Assembly (NCBI GenBank): GCA_031411295.1
Contig: JANOAV010000087.1
Location: forward strand, 32,001 to 96,000
Direction of reading: 5' to 3'
Origin: Verrucomicrobiales bacterium
Lineage (GTDB): Bacteria; Verrucomicrobiota; Verrucomicrobiia; Verrucomicrobiales; V1-33
DNA length: 64,000 bases
Shown one piece after another: positions 9,185 to 19,391 of the stretch. Numbering within the stretch: position 1 is the stretch's first letter; every line of letters begins with the position of its first letter. The notes under the pieces were generated by a model. That model searched no databases. It had not been told where the DNA came from and saw only the letters and a list, made by a program, of their open reading frames with translations. The position numbers and the translations under genes are program-made.

Positions 9185-12008
9185 AGTCGGGCTGGGCTCG
9201 GCTTGGGGGGCGCGTGGCGTGATCTCTGAGGAGGATCGCCAGTGGTGGGCCTTTCAGCCGGTGGTCAGCCCGAGTTTGCCTGTGGTAAAGGATGCGGCTT
9301 GGGCGGGGCTGCCGGTGGATCGATTTGTTTTGGCCAAATTGGAAGCGCAGGGGCTGCGTCCGGCATCGGAGGCGGGACGGGAAGATTTGGTGCGGCGGTT
9401 GACGCTGGATTTGTGGGGGTTGCCACCGACGCCAGAGGAATCGGCGGCCTTTGTCAACGACGCTGCCCCCGGGGCCTACGAACGTTTGTTGGATCGACTG
9501 CTGGCCAGCCCCCATTATGGCGAGCGCTGGGCGCGGCATTGGTTGGATCTGGTGCGCTATGCGGATTCGGATGGGTATAAGGCGGATGCCTTCCGGCCGG
9601 ATGCTTGGCGGTATCGGGACTATGTGGTGCGAAGTTTCAATGAAGACAAATCCTACGCTCAATTTGTGCAGGAGCAGTTGGCGGGCGATGAAATTTCCCC
9701 GAACAACCCCGATGCCTTAATCGCCACCGGGTATCTGCGGCACTGGATCTACGAGTATAACAATCGCGATGTGGTGGGCCAGCGCAGCACCATTTTGAAT
9801 GACATTACGGACACCACGGCGGATGTCTTTCTGGGCTTGGGCTTGCAATGCGCGAGGTGCCATGATCATAAGTTTGATCCGCTGTTGCAGAAGGATTACT
9901 TCAGCCTCCAGGCTTGCTTCACGGCGTTGGTGCCGGTCGATCACACGGTGGTGGCGACGGCAGAGGAACGGAAAATTTACGACGAAAAACAGGCCCAGTG
10001 GTCTGCCGCCACCAAGGAGATTCGCGAGCAAATCGAAACGCTGGAGGCCAAGTATAAGAAGGACGCGGAACGCAAGGCGCTGAAACTTTTCCCCGAAGAA
10101 ACGCAGGCGCTGCTGGCGAAACCAGCGTCCGAGCAAAGCGCTTATGAGCAGCAGTTGTATTATCTGGCGTATTACCAAGTGTTATACGAGTTCGCCAATG
10201 TGGAGGGAAGCATCAAGGGAACGGACAAGGAGACGTTAGTGAGTCTGCGCAAGCAGTTGGCCGAATTTGATAAATTGAAGCCCGCGCCCCTGCCGACGGC
10301 CTCCACCGTGGCCGACTTGGGCACTGCTGCGGAGGTGCTAATTCCGAAGCGGGAAAATTTAGGAAATATCCTCCCGGGCGTGCCGACGATTCTGAATCCT
10401 CATCCGCTGACACCGCAACCGGTCCATCCAGCCATGACAGGACGTCGCACCGCTTTGGCCAAGTGGCTTACGGAACCCTCGAATCCGCTCACGGCCCGGG
10501 TCATGGTGAACCGCATTTGGCAATCGCATTTCGGCCGTGGTCTCACGAGCACGACGAGTGATTTCGGTCATCTGGGCGATGCTCCTTCGCATCCGGAACT
10601 GCTGGATTGGTTGACGTCTGAATTTATTAGCCACAATTGGAGTTTGAAGCACCTGCATCGGCTCATGCTGACCTCGGCCACGTATCGGCAGGGCAGCAAT
10701 TCGCCCTGTGAGGAGGAGGCCAAATTGAAAGATCCAGAGAATCGGCTGCTGTGGCGTTGGCGCACGCAGCGGTTGAGTGCCGAGCAGATTCGGGACGCGT
10801 TGTTTGCGGCCACGGGAGAGTTGGATCTCACGACAGGGGGACCTTCGGTGGACTTCACGAAACCCCGCCGCACCATTTACAACAAAGTCTTGCGGAACGT
10901 GCGGGATCCGCTGCTGGATGTGTTCGATGCCCCCCAGCATTTCAATTCCACGCCCACGCGGGACACCACCACCACGCCCGTGCAGTCGCTGTTGCTGATC
11001 AATCATCGGCAGCTCATTGAGCGCTCGCAATCCATGGCGCAGCGCTTGGAGAAAGCCCACGCGGCCGCCCCGCACGAGCAGATCCGGCTGGCCTATCAGT
11101 TGCTCTACAGCCGCCAACCGAATCCCGAGGAGCTGGCGGAAGCGGAATATTTTCTGGAGGAACAAACGCGACGTTTGCCGACGCAAGCCCAGCCAACGGC
11201 ACCATTCGTAGTCGAATCCATGCCGCAGCGTGAGGGGAAGGCAGTCATGTTAGCGCCCGGCACCAATCAGGAGCGATTGGTCACCACGGGGGTGACGCTG
11301 CCGAATGAGGATTTCACGATCGAGGCCGTGGTCTTGTTGCGCTCAATTTATGAAAATGGCGAACTGCGCTACGTGGCCTCGACTTGGAATGGAGACAAAA
11401 CGAAGGCCGGATGGGCTCTGGGCATTACCGGAGCCAAGTCCCAGCGGAAGCCGCAGATGCTGGCCCTGCAAGTATTGGGTGCCGGAAATGATGGCAAGTT
11501 GCGCTACGAGCCGGTTTTTTCAGATCTCCAGATTCAACTCGACCGCAGTTATTATGTGGCCGCCAGCGTGCACTATGGCGAAGCCACAGGCGGCACGGTC
11601 ACCTTTTATCTCAAGGACTTGGCGGACGATGACGTTCCCATGCGAACCACCATTTGCCCGCATCCCATCGTGACGCCACAGGTTAGTGAATTTCCACTCA
11701 CCATCGGCGCGCGCTCTGGCAGTGCGGTGTCATCCCAGTGGGATGGGTTGATTGATGAAGTCCGCCTGCGTTCCGGCCCACTGGCGGCAGAAGAATGTTT
11801 CTATACCCAGAAATCGGCCTCGCTGCCTGCGGCGGTGCTGGCGTGCTGGCAGTTCGAGCCCACCCCGGGTTTCCTCTACGACGCCAAGCTCCAACGGGAA
11901 ACGTTACTGCCCCCGGTGGCTGCACCGACGAATAAACTCCAGGCCTCAGCCCTGGCCGACTTGTGCCACGCCATGCTGAATTCCAACGAGTTTTTGTATG
12001 TGCGGTAA
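9150..12008 (+). CDS. DUF1549/DUF1553 protein with inserted LamG/ConA-like domain
   Basis: WWAFQP, YGERWARHWLDLVRYADS, CARCHDHKFDP, NPLTARVMVNRIW, PSHPELLDWL; LamG-like FTIEA...WDGLIDEVR. Confidence 0.92.
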   Translation: MKGRLIITMGLLVGLGSAWGARGVISEEDRQWWAFQPVVSPSLPVVKDAAWAGLPVDRFVLAKLEAQGLRPASEAGREDLVRRLTLDLWGLPPTPEESAAFVNDAAPGAYERLLDRLLASPHYGERWARHWLDLVRYADSDGYKADAFRPDAWRYRDYVVRSFNEDKSYAQFVQEQLAGDEISPNNPDALIATGYLRHWIYEYNNRDVVGQRSTILNDITDTTADVFLGLGLQCARCHDHKFDPLLQKDYFSLQACFTALVPVDHTVVATAEERKIYDEKQAQWSAATKEIREQIETLEAKYKKDAERKALKLFPEETQALLAKPASEQSAYEQQLYYLAYYQVLYEFANVEGSIKGTDKETLVSLRKQLAEFDKLKPAPLPTASTVADLGTAAEVLIPKRENLGNILPGVPTILNPHPLTPQPVHPAMTGRRTALAKWLTEPSNPLTARVMVNRIWQSHFGRGLTSTTSDFGHLGDAPSHPELLDWLTSEFISHNWSLKHLHRLMLTSATYRQGSNSPCEEEAKLKDPENRLLWRWRTQRLSAEQIRDALFAATGELDLTTGGPSVDFTKPRRTIYNKVLRNVRDPLLDVFDAPQHFNSTPTRDTTTTPVQSLLLINHRQLIERSQSMAQRLEKAHAAAPHEQIRLAYQLLYSRQPNPEELAEAEYFLEEQTRRLPTQAQPTAPFVVESMPQREGKAVMLAPGTNQERLVTTGVTLPNEDFTIEAVVLLRSIYENGELRYVASTWNGDKTKAGWALGITGAKSQRKPQMLALQVLGAGNDGKLRYEPVFSDLQIQLDRSYYVAASVHYGEATGGTVTFYLKDLADDDVPMRTTICPHPIVTPQVSEFPLTIGARSGSAVSSQWDGLIDEVRLRSGPLAAEECFYTQKSASLPAAVLACWQFEPTPGFLYDAKLQRETLLPPVAAPTNKLQASALADLCHAMLNSNEFLYVR

Positions 12009-12128
12009 GTCGGCGGGCCGCACCTTTTCCGCATACGGGGAGCGCGAATCTTCTTGGCAGATACGTGCCAGCGCCTAGACTCCGCGCTCTGTAGCTACAG
12101 AATTTCTCCATCAACACCCACATTATTC

Positions 12129-13553
12129 ATGAACCAAAAAACCAGCAGACGTTCGTTCCTCAAGACGGCCGGTGTCGCTTCGGCCGCCAGCACGCTAGGA
12201 TTCCCCAACATTCTTCATGCCCAGAACAAGGGTGACAAACTCCGCTTGGCCATCATTGGCACCGGCGGCAAAGGTGGCGCGCACCTACAGAGCGTCGAGA
12301 AGGCAGGCGACATTGTCGTAGCCCACTGTGATGTGGATACTGGTCGCCAAGGCACCGTGCCCAAGCTCTGGCCTGGGTCCAAATTCTATCAGGACTATCG
12401 TCAACTCTTCGAGAAGGAAATGAAGAATTTCGATGCCATCATGGTAGCCACCCCAGACCATCACCACTACCTGCCCACGGCCTTGGCCATGGAAGCCGGG
12501 AAGCACACTTACACTCAGAAGCCGCTGGTCCACACCGTGTGGGAAGCGCGCCAATTGCTCGGCGGCGTGAACAAATACAAGACCGCCACCCAGATGGGCA
12601 ACCAAGGTCACTCCAATAACGGCAATCGACTGATTTATGAATTCGTGAACAGCGGCATGTTGGGCGATATCACGGAAATCCACTGCGTCACCAACCGCCC
12701 CATCTGGCCACAAGGCTTGGAGCGTCCTGCGGGTGAGGATCCGGTGCCAGCCAACTTGGACTGGAAACTCTGGCTGGGGCCGGCCGCCCAGCGTCCTTAT
12801 AAGAATGGGGTCTATCACGATTTCAAATGGCGCGGCTGGTATGACTTTGGTGGTGGAGCCTTGGCCGATATGGCCTGCCACACCATGGACAGCATCTTCT
12901 GGTCCCTCAACCCCGGTCTGCCCACCAGCGTGGAAGTCATTGAAATCAATGGCCACACCTCTGAGACCTTCCCCAAAGGAGCCATCTTCAAGTGGACCTA
13001 CGGCCCTGGTAAGTTGCCCAACGGCCAAGATCGCCCCGGCTTCACGATCACTTGGTATGAAGGTAAGTTAATCAAGGACGGCAAAGATGTCCCCGCTGCC
13101 GAGCGTGTGAAGCGTCCTGAAAAAATGGCTGCTGATCGCAAAATGTCCGCCAGCGGTAACATTTACTTCGGCACCAAGAACGACCTCCTGGTCCAAGGTG
13201 ACTATGGCGACAGCCCACGCATCGTGCAGACCGACGAAGAACTCAAGGCCGGTGCGCTCAAGCCCCCCACCATGCTCAAGCGCAATCCCGATGGCGAAGG
13301 CGACTACGGCCAATACATGGACTGGCGTCATGCCTGTGTTGGTGAAACTGCTTGGAATACTCCCGGCTCCAACTTCACTTACGCCGCTCCATTCACCGAA
13401 TCCATCCTCCTCGGCAACATCGCCCTGCGCGTCGGCAAGATGGGCCAGAAACTGGATTATGATGGCAAGAACATGCGCTTCACCAACAGCGACGAAGCCA
13501 ACAAATATCTCACCAAGGAATACCCCGAGGGCTGGGGCCACAAGTTGGTCTAA
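12129..13553 (+). CDS. Gfo/Idh/MocA family oxidoreductase, Tat-exported
   Basis: Start re-called at ATG 12129; SRRSFLK, IIGTGGKG, VATPDHHH, QKPL, TQMGNQ, GGGALADMACH. Confidence 0.93.
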   Translation: MNQKTSRRSFLKTAGVASAASTLGFPNILHAQNKGDKLRLAIIGTGGKGGAHLQSVEKAGDIVVAHCDVDTGRQGTVPKLWPGSKFYQDYRQLFEKEMKNFDAIMVATPDHHHYLPTALAMEAGKHTYTQKPLVHTVWEARQLLGGVNKYKTATQMGNQGHSNNGNRLIYEFVNSGMLGDITEIHCVTNRPIWPQGLERPAGEDPVPANLDWKLWLGPAAQRPYKNGVYHDFKWRGWYDFGGGALADMACHTMDSIFWSLNPGLPTSVEVIEINGHTSETFPKGAIFKWTYGPGKLPNGQDRPGFTITWYEGKLIKDGKDVPAAERVKRPEKMAADRKMSASGNIYFGTKNDLLVQGDYGDSPRIVQTDEELKAGALKPPTMLKRNPDGEGDYGQYMDWRHACVGETAWNTPGSNFTYAAPFTESILLGNIALRVGKMGQKLDYDGKNMRFTNSDEANKYLTKEYPEGWGHKLV

Positions 13554-13583
13554 GTCTCGGATGAGTCTCTCATAAACTTCGCG

Positions 13584-13613
13584 CTCAGGCGTTCGGGAAA
13601 CCGGACGCCTGAG
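13584..13613 (+). terminator. Probable intrinsic terminator
   Basis: CTCAGGCGTTCGG-GAAA-CCGGACGCCTGAG stem-loop 30 nt after the stop; weak T tail. Confidence 0.65.
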
Positions 13614-13708
13614 TTGCGTTAGTGTAAGTGAGGTTAAATTTGCCCGAATTCTGCTTTCGGATTGTGTAGTTTGTGAATAAATGACGATTCATTCACGTCA
13701 CTTGAACC

Positions 13709-16700
13709 ATGAAAAATAAAGCAATACGAACATTAGCCGGGGCCCTGGGCCTGTTCTTTTCTGCAGGAGGGATGTGGGCTGGCGAGGTGACAGTGGGGAA
13801 GCGCTATGTGCTGGAGGATGCCGGACAGGTTCGTAGCCTGGTTGTCTCCGGTCAGGGCATGGCCGTGCGCCCGGCTGGCGGAAGCCTGCGGGTGAAGAAT
13901 TTCCCCAAGGCAGTGGATGCGGCGGGGCTGCGGGAACGCATGCGGCAGGAACGGGTCGCTCAGCCGAATGTCAGCGAAATCAATTTCCTGCTGGATGAGC
14001 CCGCGGTGCGAGGGACCTCGGGAAAAACGGCCCCACCTCTGATCCTCACCTGCCAAGTTCATGTGACCCTCCAAGAGGGAGCCACGCCTGAGGCCGTGGC
14101 GCAAGCTGTGGGTGTGGCCAGGGTGGATCAGCCTAGCTACGCCCCTGGGCAGTATATTTTCCATGCCACCGATCAGGGAGGAGCGCTCGAATTGATGGAG
14201 CGGCTGCGGAAGTTGCCTGGGGTAAAGTCCGCCAATGCGATGTTAGCCCGCTCGCTCCGCAAGCGCTTCACTCCGAACGATCCCTTCTATACCTATGCCC
14301 TAGCAAATCCAGGCTACCAATGGCATTTGAAAAATTCCGGGCAGCGGGCTGGGGTGACCGGGGTTGATCTGAATGTGGAGACGGCTTGGAACACGCGGAA
14401 AGGCACCGGGGTTACCTTGGGGATCCTCGATGACGGGGTGGAAGTTACCCACCCGGACCTGGCGGCAAACTACCTTGCCAGCGCATCGTGGGATTTCCGA
14501 GACAACGATAACGATCCAGCTCCCGTCGATACCGAAGACAACCACGGAACCGCTGTGGCGGGTTTAGCCGTGGCCGTGGGGAATAACGGAGCGGGCGTCA
14601 GCGGGGTGGCTCCATCTGCCAAACTGGCGGCCATCCGAATTGATCTGAATACCATCCCCGACAGCCAAGTTGCCGATGCTCTGGCCTACAAAAACGACGT
14701 CATCCAAATCAAGAGTAACAGCTACGGACCGCCTGACTATGGCTATACGCTGGAGGGGATCGGGCCCCTCACGGAGGCAGCCTTGTTGGATGGTGCCACG
14801 AACGGGCGCGCTGGCCGAGGCACGATCTTCGTGGTGGCCGGGGGCAACGGAGCGGCGGAGGGGGATAACTCCAATTACGATGCCTTTGCCAACTCCATTT
14901 ACACGATTGCCGTGGGCGCGGCTTCGGATGACGGCACCCCAACCTATTTCGGTGAGCCGGGAGCCAACTTGGTGGTGTGTGGACTGGGTGACAATGAGGA
15001 CGATCAATCCATTACCACGACCGACCGCACGGGCGCAGATGGTTACAACGATGGCACGGGCAGTAATTTCGCGGACGCCGCCTACACCAACGACTTCGGC
15101 GGCACCTCTGGTTGTGCCCCCCAAGTGGCGGGCGTGGTGGCACTGCTACTGGAGGCTAAATCCACCCTGGGCTGGCGGGATGTCCAGGAAATCCTCATTT
15201 CCTCTGCGACGAAAAACCATGCGACAGATGCCGACTGGATGACCAATACAGCTGGGTATAGTTTCAACCACAAGTATGGCGCAGGCGTGGCCAACGCCAC
15301 GGCGGCTCTTACCAAGGCCAACACTTGGACGAATCTGGGCACCCAAACTAGCGCCACGCTAACTAATGCGGCCTTGAACCTTGCGGTGCCCGACTATCCG
15401 AGCACGGTAGGTGCCACCACGAGCTTCAACTTCGCCACCCAGCCAGTGCTGCGAGTGGAGCATGTTACGGTGGAGCTAAACGTCACCCATCCGGCCCGTG
15501 GGGAACTGGACGTCATCCTCACCTCGCCCAGTGGCATGACGAGTCGGCTGGCCGAACGGCGGGACGATCTCACCGCTAATTTCAACTGGACCTTCATGAC
15601 CGTGCGGCACTGGGGTGAAAACTCCTCCGGGACTTGGAAATTGTCGATCATCGATCGGGAAAAGCAAACTACGGGAACCCTCGTGAGCGCCACCGTGAAA
15701 ATTTATGGCACCGCCGCCACCGCTCCTGCCGCTGCCCCCACCGTCACGAGCGCGGGCACCGCCACGGCCATGGTAGGGGTGCCGTTTTCCTATCAAATCA
15801 CCGCCACGAATGCGCCCACCTCTTACACCGTGACAGGCTTGCCAGTCAGCTTGACCGTTAACACAACCACCGGACTAATTACGGGCACTCCGACTGCCAC
15901 TACGGCAATTAACGCCACCCTGAAAGCCTCCAACGGCTCCGGCTTGGGGGCCGGCCGGGCCTTGGCGATCACCGTTAGCGCAACCGCCGGGTTGGCCACG
16001 GGCTTGGATAACCTGAGGACCAATTGGGTCACGGGCGGCAGCGCCACTTGGGCCTTGAACACGACGGCCGGCAATGCTCATGATGGCATCGACTCTGCCA
16101 AGTCCGCCAACGTTCCTGCGAATGCGACCGATGGCTCCTGGTCCTATCTCAAAACCTGGGTCGAGGGACCAGCCATCCTCCGCTTCTGGTGGAAAGCCAA
16201 TACGCTGGATGCGGCTGATACGCTCTATTTCTATTGGGACGGAGGAGATCCCGCCAACTACATCTATGGTGCCAACACTCCCTATACCGAGGACTATTAC
16301 TATCTTCCAGCTGGTCGCCATTCCATCCGCTGGGAGCTGTATCGGGGGTATGATACCACGACCGCAGGCGCCAACAGCACTGGCTGGGTGGATCAAGTGA
16401 CGCTGACAGATCCTAACGCCAGTGCGCCTTATATCCTGCGGCAACCAATCAATGCCTACGCTCCCGAAGGTGGGAAGACGTGCTTCAGCTTATATGCGGT
16501 GGGGCAGGCCAACCTGAGCTATCAATGGAAGCGGGGGGCCGCTAACGTCAGCGTCAATGGCACCAGCAAAGATTTGCTGATCCAGCCGGTGCCCGCTGGA
16601 TCTGCCACCTACACTTGTGTCATCAGCAACGGAGTCGGCACCACCACTTCCACTGCGGTTAACCTAACGGTAACGCCCACCGGCACTGCCGCCACCCTGG

Positions 16701-17470
16701 CCAATGGCCTCGATGCCAGCATCCTTGGCTTTGGCACCAGCGCAAGCCTGGGATGGGCCCGACAAACCTCCGTCACTAATGATGGCGTGGATGCGCTCAA
16801 GTCAGGAGCCATTGGCAATGGCGGCACCAGTGTTCTGCAAACGTGCGTCACTGGACCTGCCACCGTGACGTTTTGGTGGAAAGTTAGTAGCGAACTGGAT
16901 TACGATACCCTCGATCTGCTCTTGGATGGAGGTTTCCAAGACTCCATTTCAGGTGAAGCAGACTGGGCGCAGACTTCGGTGGAAATCCCCTTGGGGCTGC
17001 ATTTGTTGGAATGGCGCTATACTAAAGACTCACAAGATTTAGCTGGGTCGGATGCGGGCTATCTCGATCAAATCACGCTCACGCCGAACGGCTTTCCCGC
17101 CTGGCAGACCGTGCAGTTCTCGCCCGCCCAGCAATCAGCCGCAAGTATTACTGGGCGCCAAGACGATCCCGATAAAGATGGATTCTCCAATTTGCTGGAA
17201 TACGGACTGGGGATGAATCCCAACCTCAACTCGCGCACCGGGCTGCCTGTAAGCACGCGCCAAGGCAACAACCTAGAGTTCACTTATGTAGATGACTGGG
17301 ACCACTTGGATGTTGCGCTCATTCCCGAGGTTTCCTCTGCCCTTGATTCCGCCTGGACCGAAGCAACCCCCACGGAAGTAAGCGTCAGCGGCTCCCTTCA
17401 CACCATGAAAGTCACCATCCCTCTCGGGGTTGGTAAGTCCTTCGTCCGCCTCCGGGTGCAGGAACTGTAG
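13709..17470 (+). CDS. Secreted kexin/furin-like S8 serine peptidase with P-domain, Ig-like domains and Verrucomicrobia-type C-terminal domain
   Basis: ILDDG, DNHGT, AGGNG, FGGTSGCAP catalytic motifs; P-domain VEHV...RGEL...LTSPSG...WGENSSGTW; C-terminal DPDKDGFSNLLEYGLG...FVRLRV. Confidence 0.92.
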   Translation: MKNKAIRTLAGALGLFFSAGGMWAGEVTVGKRYVLEDAGQVRSLVVSGQGMAVRPAGGSLRVKNFPKAVDAAGLRERMRQERVAQPNVSEINFLLDEPAVRGTSGKTAPPLILTCQVHVTLQEGATPEAVAQAVGVARVDQPSYAPGQYIFHATDQGGALELMERLRKLPGVKSANAMLARSLRKRFTPNDPFYTYALANPGYQWHLKNSGQRAGVTGVDLNVETAWNTRKGTGVTLGILDDGVEVTHPDLAANYLASASWDFRDNDNDPAPVDTEDNHGTAVAGLAVAVGNNGAGVSGVAPSAKLAAIRIDLNTIPDSQVADALAYKNDVIQIKSNSYGPPDYGYTLEGIGPLTEAALLDGATNGRAGRGTIFVVAGGNGAAEGDNSNYDAFANSIYTIAVGAASDDGTPTYFGEPGANLVVCGLGDNEDDQSITTTDRTGADGYNDGTGSNFADAAYTNDFGGTSGCAPQVAGVVALLLEAKSTLGWRDVQEILISSATKNHATDADWMTNTAGYSFNHKYGAGVANATAALTKANTWTNLGTQTSATLTNAALNLAVPDYPSTVGATTSFNFATQPVLRVEHVTVELNVTHPARGELDVILTSPSGMTSRLAERRDDLTANFNWTFMTVRHWGENSSGTWKLSIIDREKQTTGTLVSATVKIYGTAATAPAAAPTVTSAGTATAMVGVPFSYQITATNAPTSYTVTGLPVSLTVNTTTGLITGTPTATTAINATLKASNGSGLGAGRALAITVSATAGLATGLDNLRTNWVTGGSATWALNTTAGNAHDGIDSAKSANVPANATDGSWSYLKTWVEGPAILRFWWKANTLDAADTLYFYWDGGDPANYIYGANTPYTEDYYYLPAGRHSIRWELYRGYDTTTAGANSTGWVDQVTLTDPNASAPYILRQPINAYAPEGGKTCFSLYAVGQANLSYQWKRGAANVSVNGTSKDLLIQPVPAGSATYTCVISNGVGTTTSTAVNLTVTPTGTAATLANGLDASILGFGTSASLGWARQTSVTNDGVDALKSGAIGNGGTSVLQTCVTGPATVTFWWKVSSELDYDTLDLLLDGGFQDSISGEADWAQTSVEIPLGLHLLEWRYTKDSQDLAGSDAGYLDQITLTPNGFPAWQTVQFSPAQQSAASITGRQDDPDKDGFSNLLEYGLGMNPNLNSRTGLPVSTRQGNNLEFTYVDDWDHLDVALIPEVSSALDSAWTEATPTEVSVSGSLHTMKVTIPLGVGKSFVRLRVQEL

Positions 17471-17487
17471 GAGAAGCAGCGCCCACC

Positions 17488-17868
<381 letters not shown>

Positions 17869-17988
17869 TTATTTACTACGTTCTAAAGGATGGAGCCGTC
17901 CTTGCCAACTGATTTTCTGAGCAAAACCGTCGATTTAGCCCACGTTTCCTCATTGGGCTCGAGCTGGTAGGGAACTTGGTTTCCGGGC

Positions 17989-19146
17989 CTACGGGGCTTC
18001 CACAGGAGCTAATTTGGCCCCGCTGCGGATGCGGGCCTGCCCATTGATGATTACGCTGTCCTCTGGTTTGAGCCCCTCCCGAACCACGCGATACCCATTA
18101 AATAATCCACCCAAGACCACGGGGCGGATCTCTGCGGTGTTGGTGGGACTGACCACGAAGATGAATTTCTGTGAGAGATCCGTGCCGATGGCGGAGTCCG
18201 GCACCAGCAGTGCTTCATACGGAGCGCTGCCCGGAATGCGCACCCGGGCGAAAAAGCCTGGACTTAGCGGCCGCCCTTCATTCTTGAAAACGCCCCGGCA
18301 ACGAATCGTTCCCGTGCTTGGATCCAATTTGTTATCCACGAAATCGATTTCGCCTTGATGAGGCCAGCCCGTCTCGTCCGTCAGCGCCATTTCACAGGGG
18401 ATGGTGGTATCCAAGGCGCTGGTGCGCTTTCCTTCCTGACGCAATTTCCGATACCGCAGTGAGGCTTGTTCATCGACGTCGATGTAGCAATAAATGGGAT
18501 CCACGGAGACAATGGTGGCCAGCAGGGTGGAGGCACTAGCGTTAGCTCCTCCCGAGATGAGATTGCCTTTGGTGACCAAGGCACGGCCGATTTTTCCTGC
18601 AATCGGGCTGCGGATTTCGGTGAATTCCAAATTGAGCTGCGCAATCTCCACGGCGGCTTGAGCGGCACGAATGCTGGCCTGCGCTTCGACATTGGCCGAA
18701 GCCTTGGCATCGAAATCCTGCTGTGAGACCGCCTGTTTTCCCAGCAACTCCTCGGCCCGGTCCATTTCACTGGCGGCCAACTTAGCCCGACTGGCTGCAC
18801 GTTCGGCCTCTGCTTCCGCTTTGTTTAATTCTGCTTGATAGGACCTCCGGTCAATCGTGCACAGCAACTCCCCAGCCTTCACAGCACGGCCTTCCGTGAA
18901 ATGGATTTGCTCCAAATACCCCGACACGCGCGCCCGAATCTCCACGGATTCCTTAGCCTCCAAGCGGCCGGAGAATTCGTCCCATTCCGTGATCGTCTCC
19001 TTTTCGGGTTTAGCCACCGTAACCGCCGCAGGCCCGGCTACAGGAAGCGTGGCGGGTGGCGGACTGCAACTGGGAAGCAATAATAAAGCGAGCAGGGGGA
19101 GGCGTGACATGACACCCCACGATGGGTTCATCAGGGATAAATGCAA
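17989..19146 (-). CDS. RND efflux periplasmic adaptor (MexE/AcrA-like lipoprotein)
   Basis: Lipobox-like LLPSC, EWDEFSGRLEA, VEIRARVSGYL, IRSPIAGKIG, GEIDFVDN.LD.STGTI; true start may be a few codons downstream. Confidence 0.92.
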   Translation of the reverse strand: MHLSLMNPSWGVMSRLPLLALLLLPSCSPPPATLPVAGPAAVTVAKPEKETITEWDEFSGRLEAKESVEIRARVSGYLEQIHFTEGRAVKAGELLCTIDRRSYQAELNKAEAEAERAASRAKLAASEMDRAEELLGKQAVSQQDFDAKASANVEAQASIRAAQAAVEIAQLNLEFTEIRSPIAGKIGRALVTKGNLISGGANASASTLLATIVSVDPIYCYIDVDEQASLRYRKLRQEGKRTSALDTTIPCEMALTDETGWPHQGEIDFVDNKLDPSTGTIRCRGVFKNEGRPLSPGFFARVRIPGSAPYEALLVPDSAIGTDLSQKFIFVVSPTNTAEIRPVVLGGLFNGYRVVREGLKPEDSVIINGQARIRSGAKLAPVEAP

Positions 19147-19391
19147 TCCCCTTGGCGCGGAGAGTTTTGCTGGCGGAGGATGGCGGGGTCATGGCGGACG
19201 AAATTACATTTGAAAACCTGCGCTGTTGTGGTAGGAGATTAGCAACATGATTTTCACGGCGTTCCATTCCTAATTCTCCCGAGCCTGGCCCAGGCTCTTT
19301 CCACTCGCGTGCCTGCTTGAGGCACGAAGTCTGCATCCGCCTGCCACAAACTTGGAGGCGATGTTCATTTAGGATCAATCGGAGAATTATT

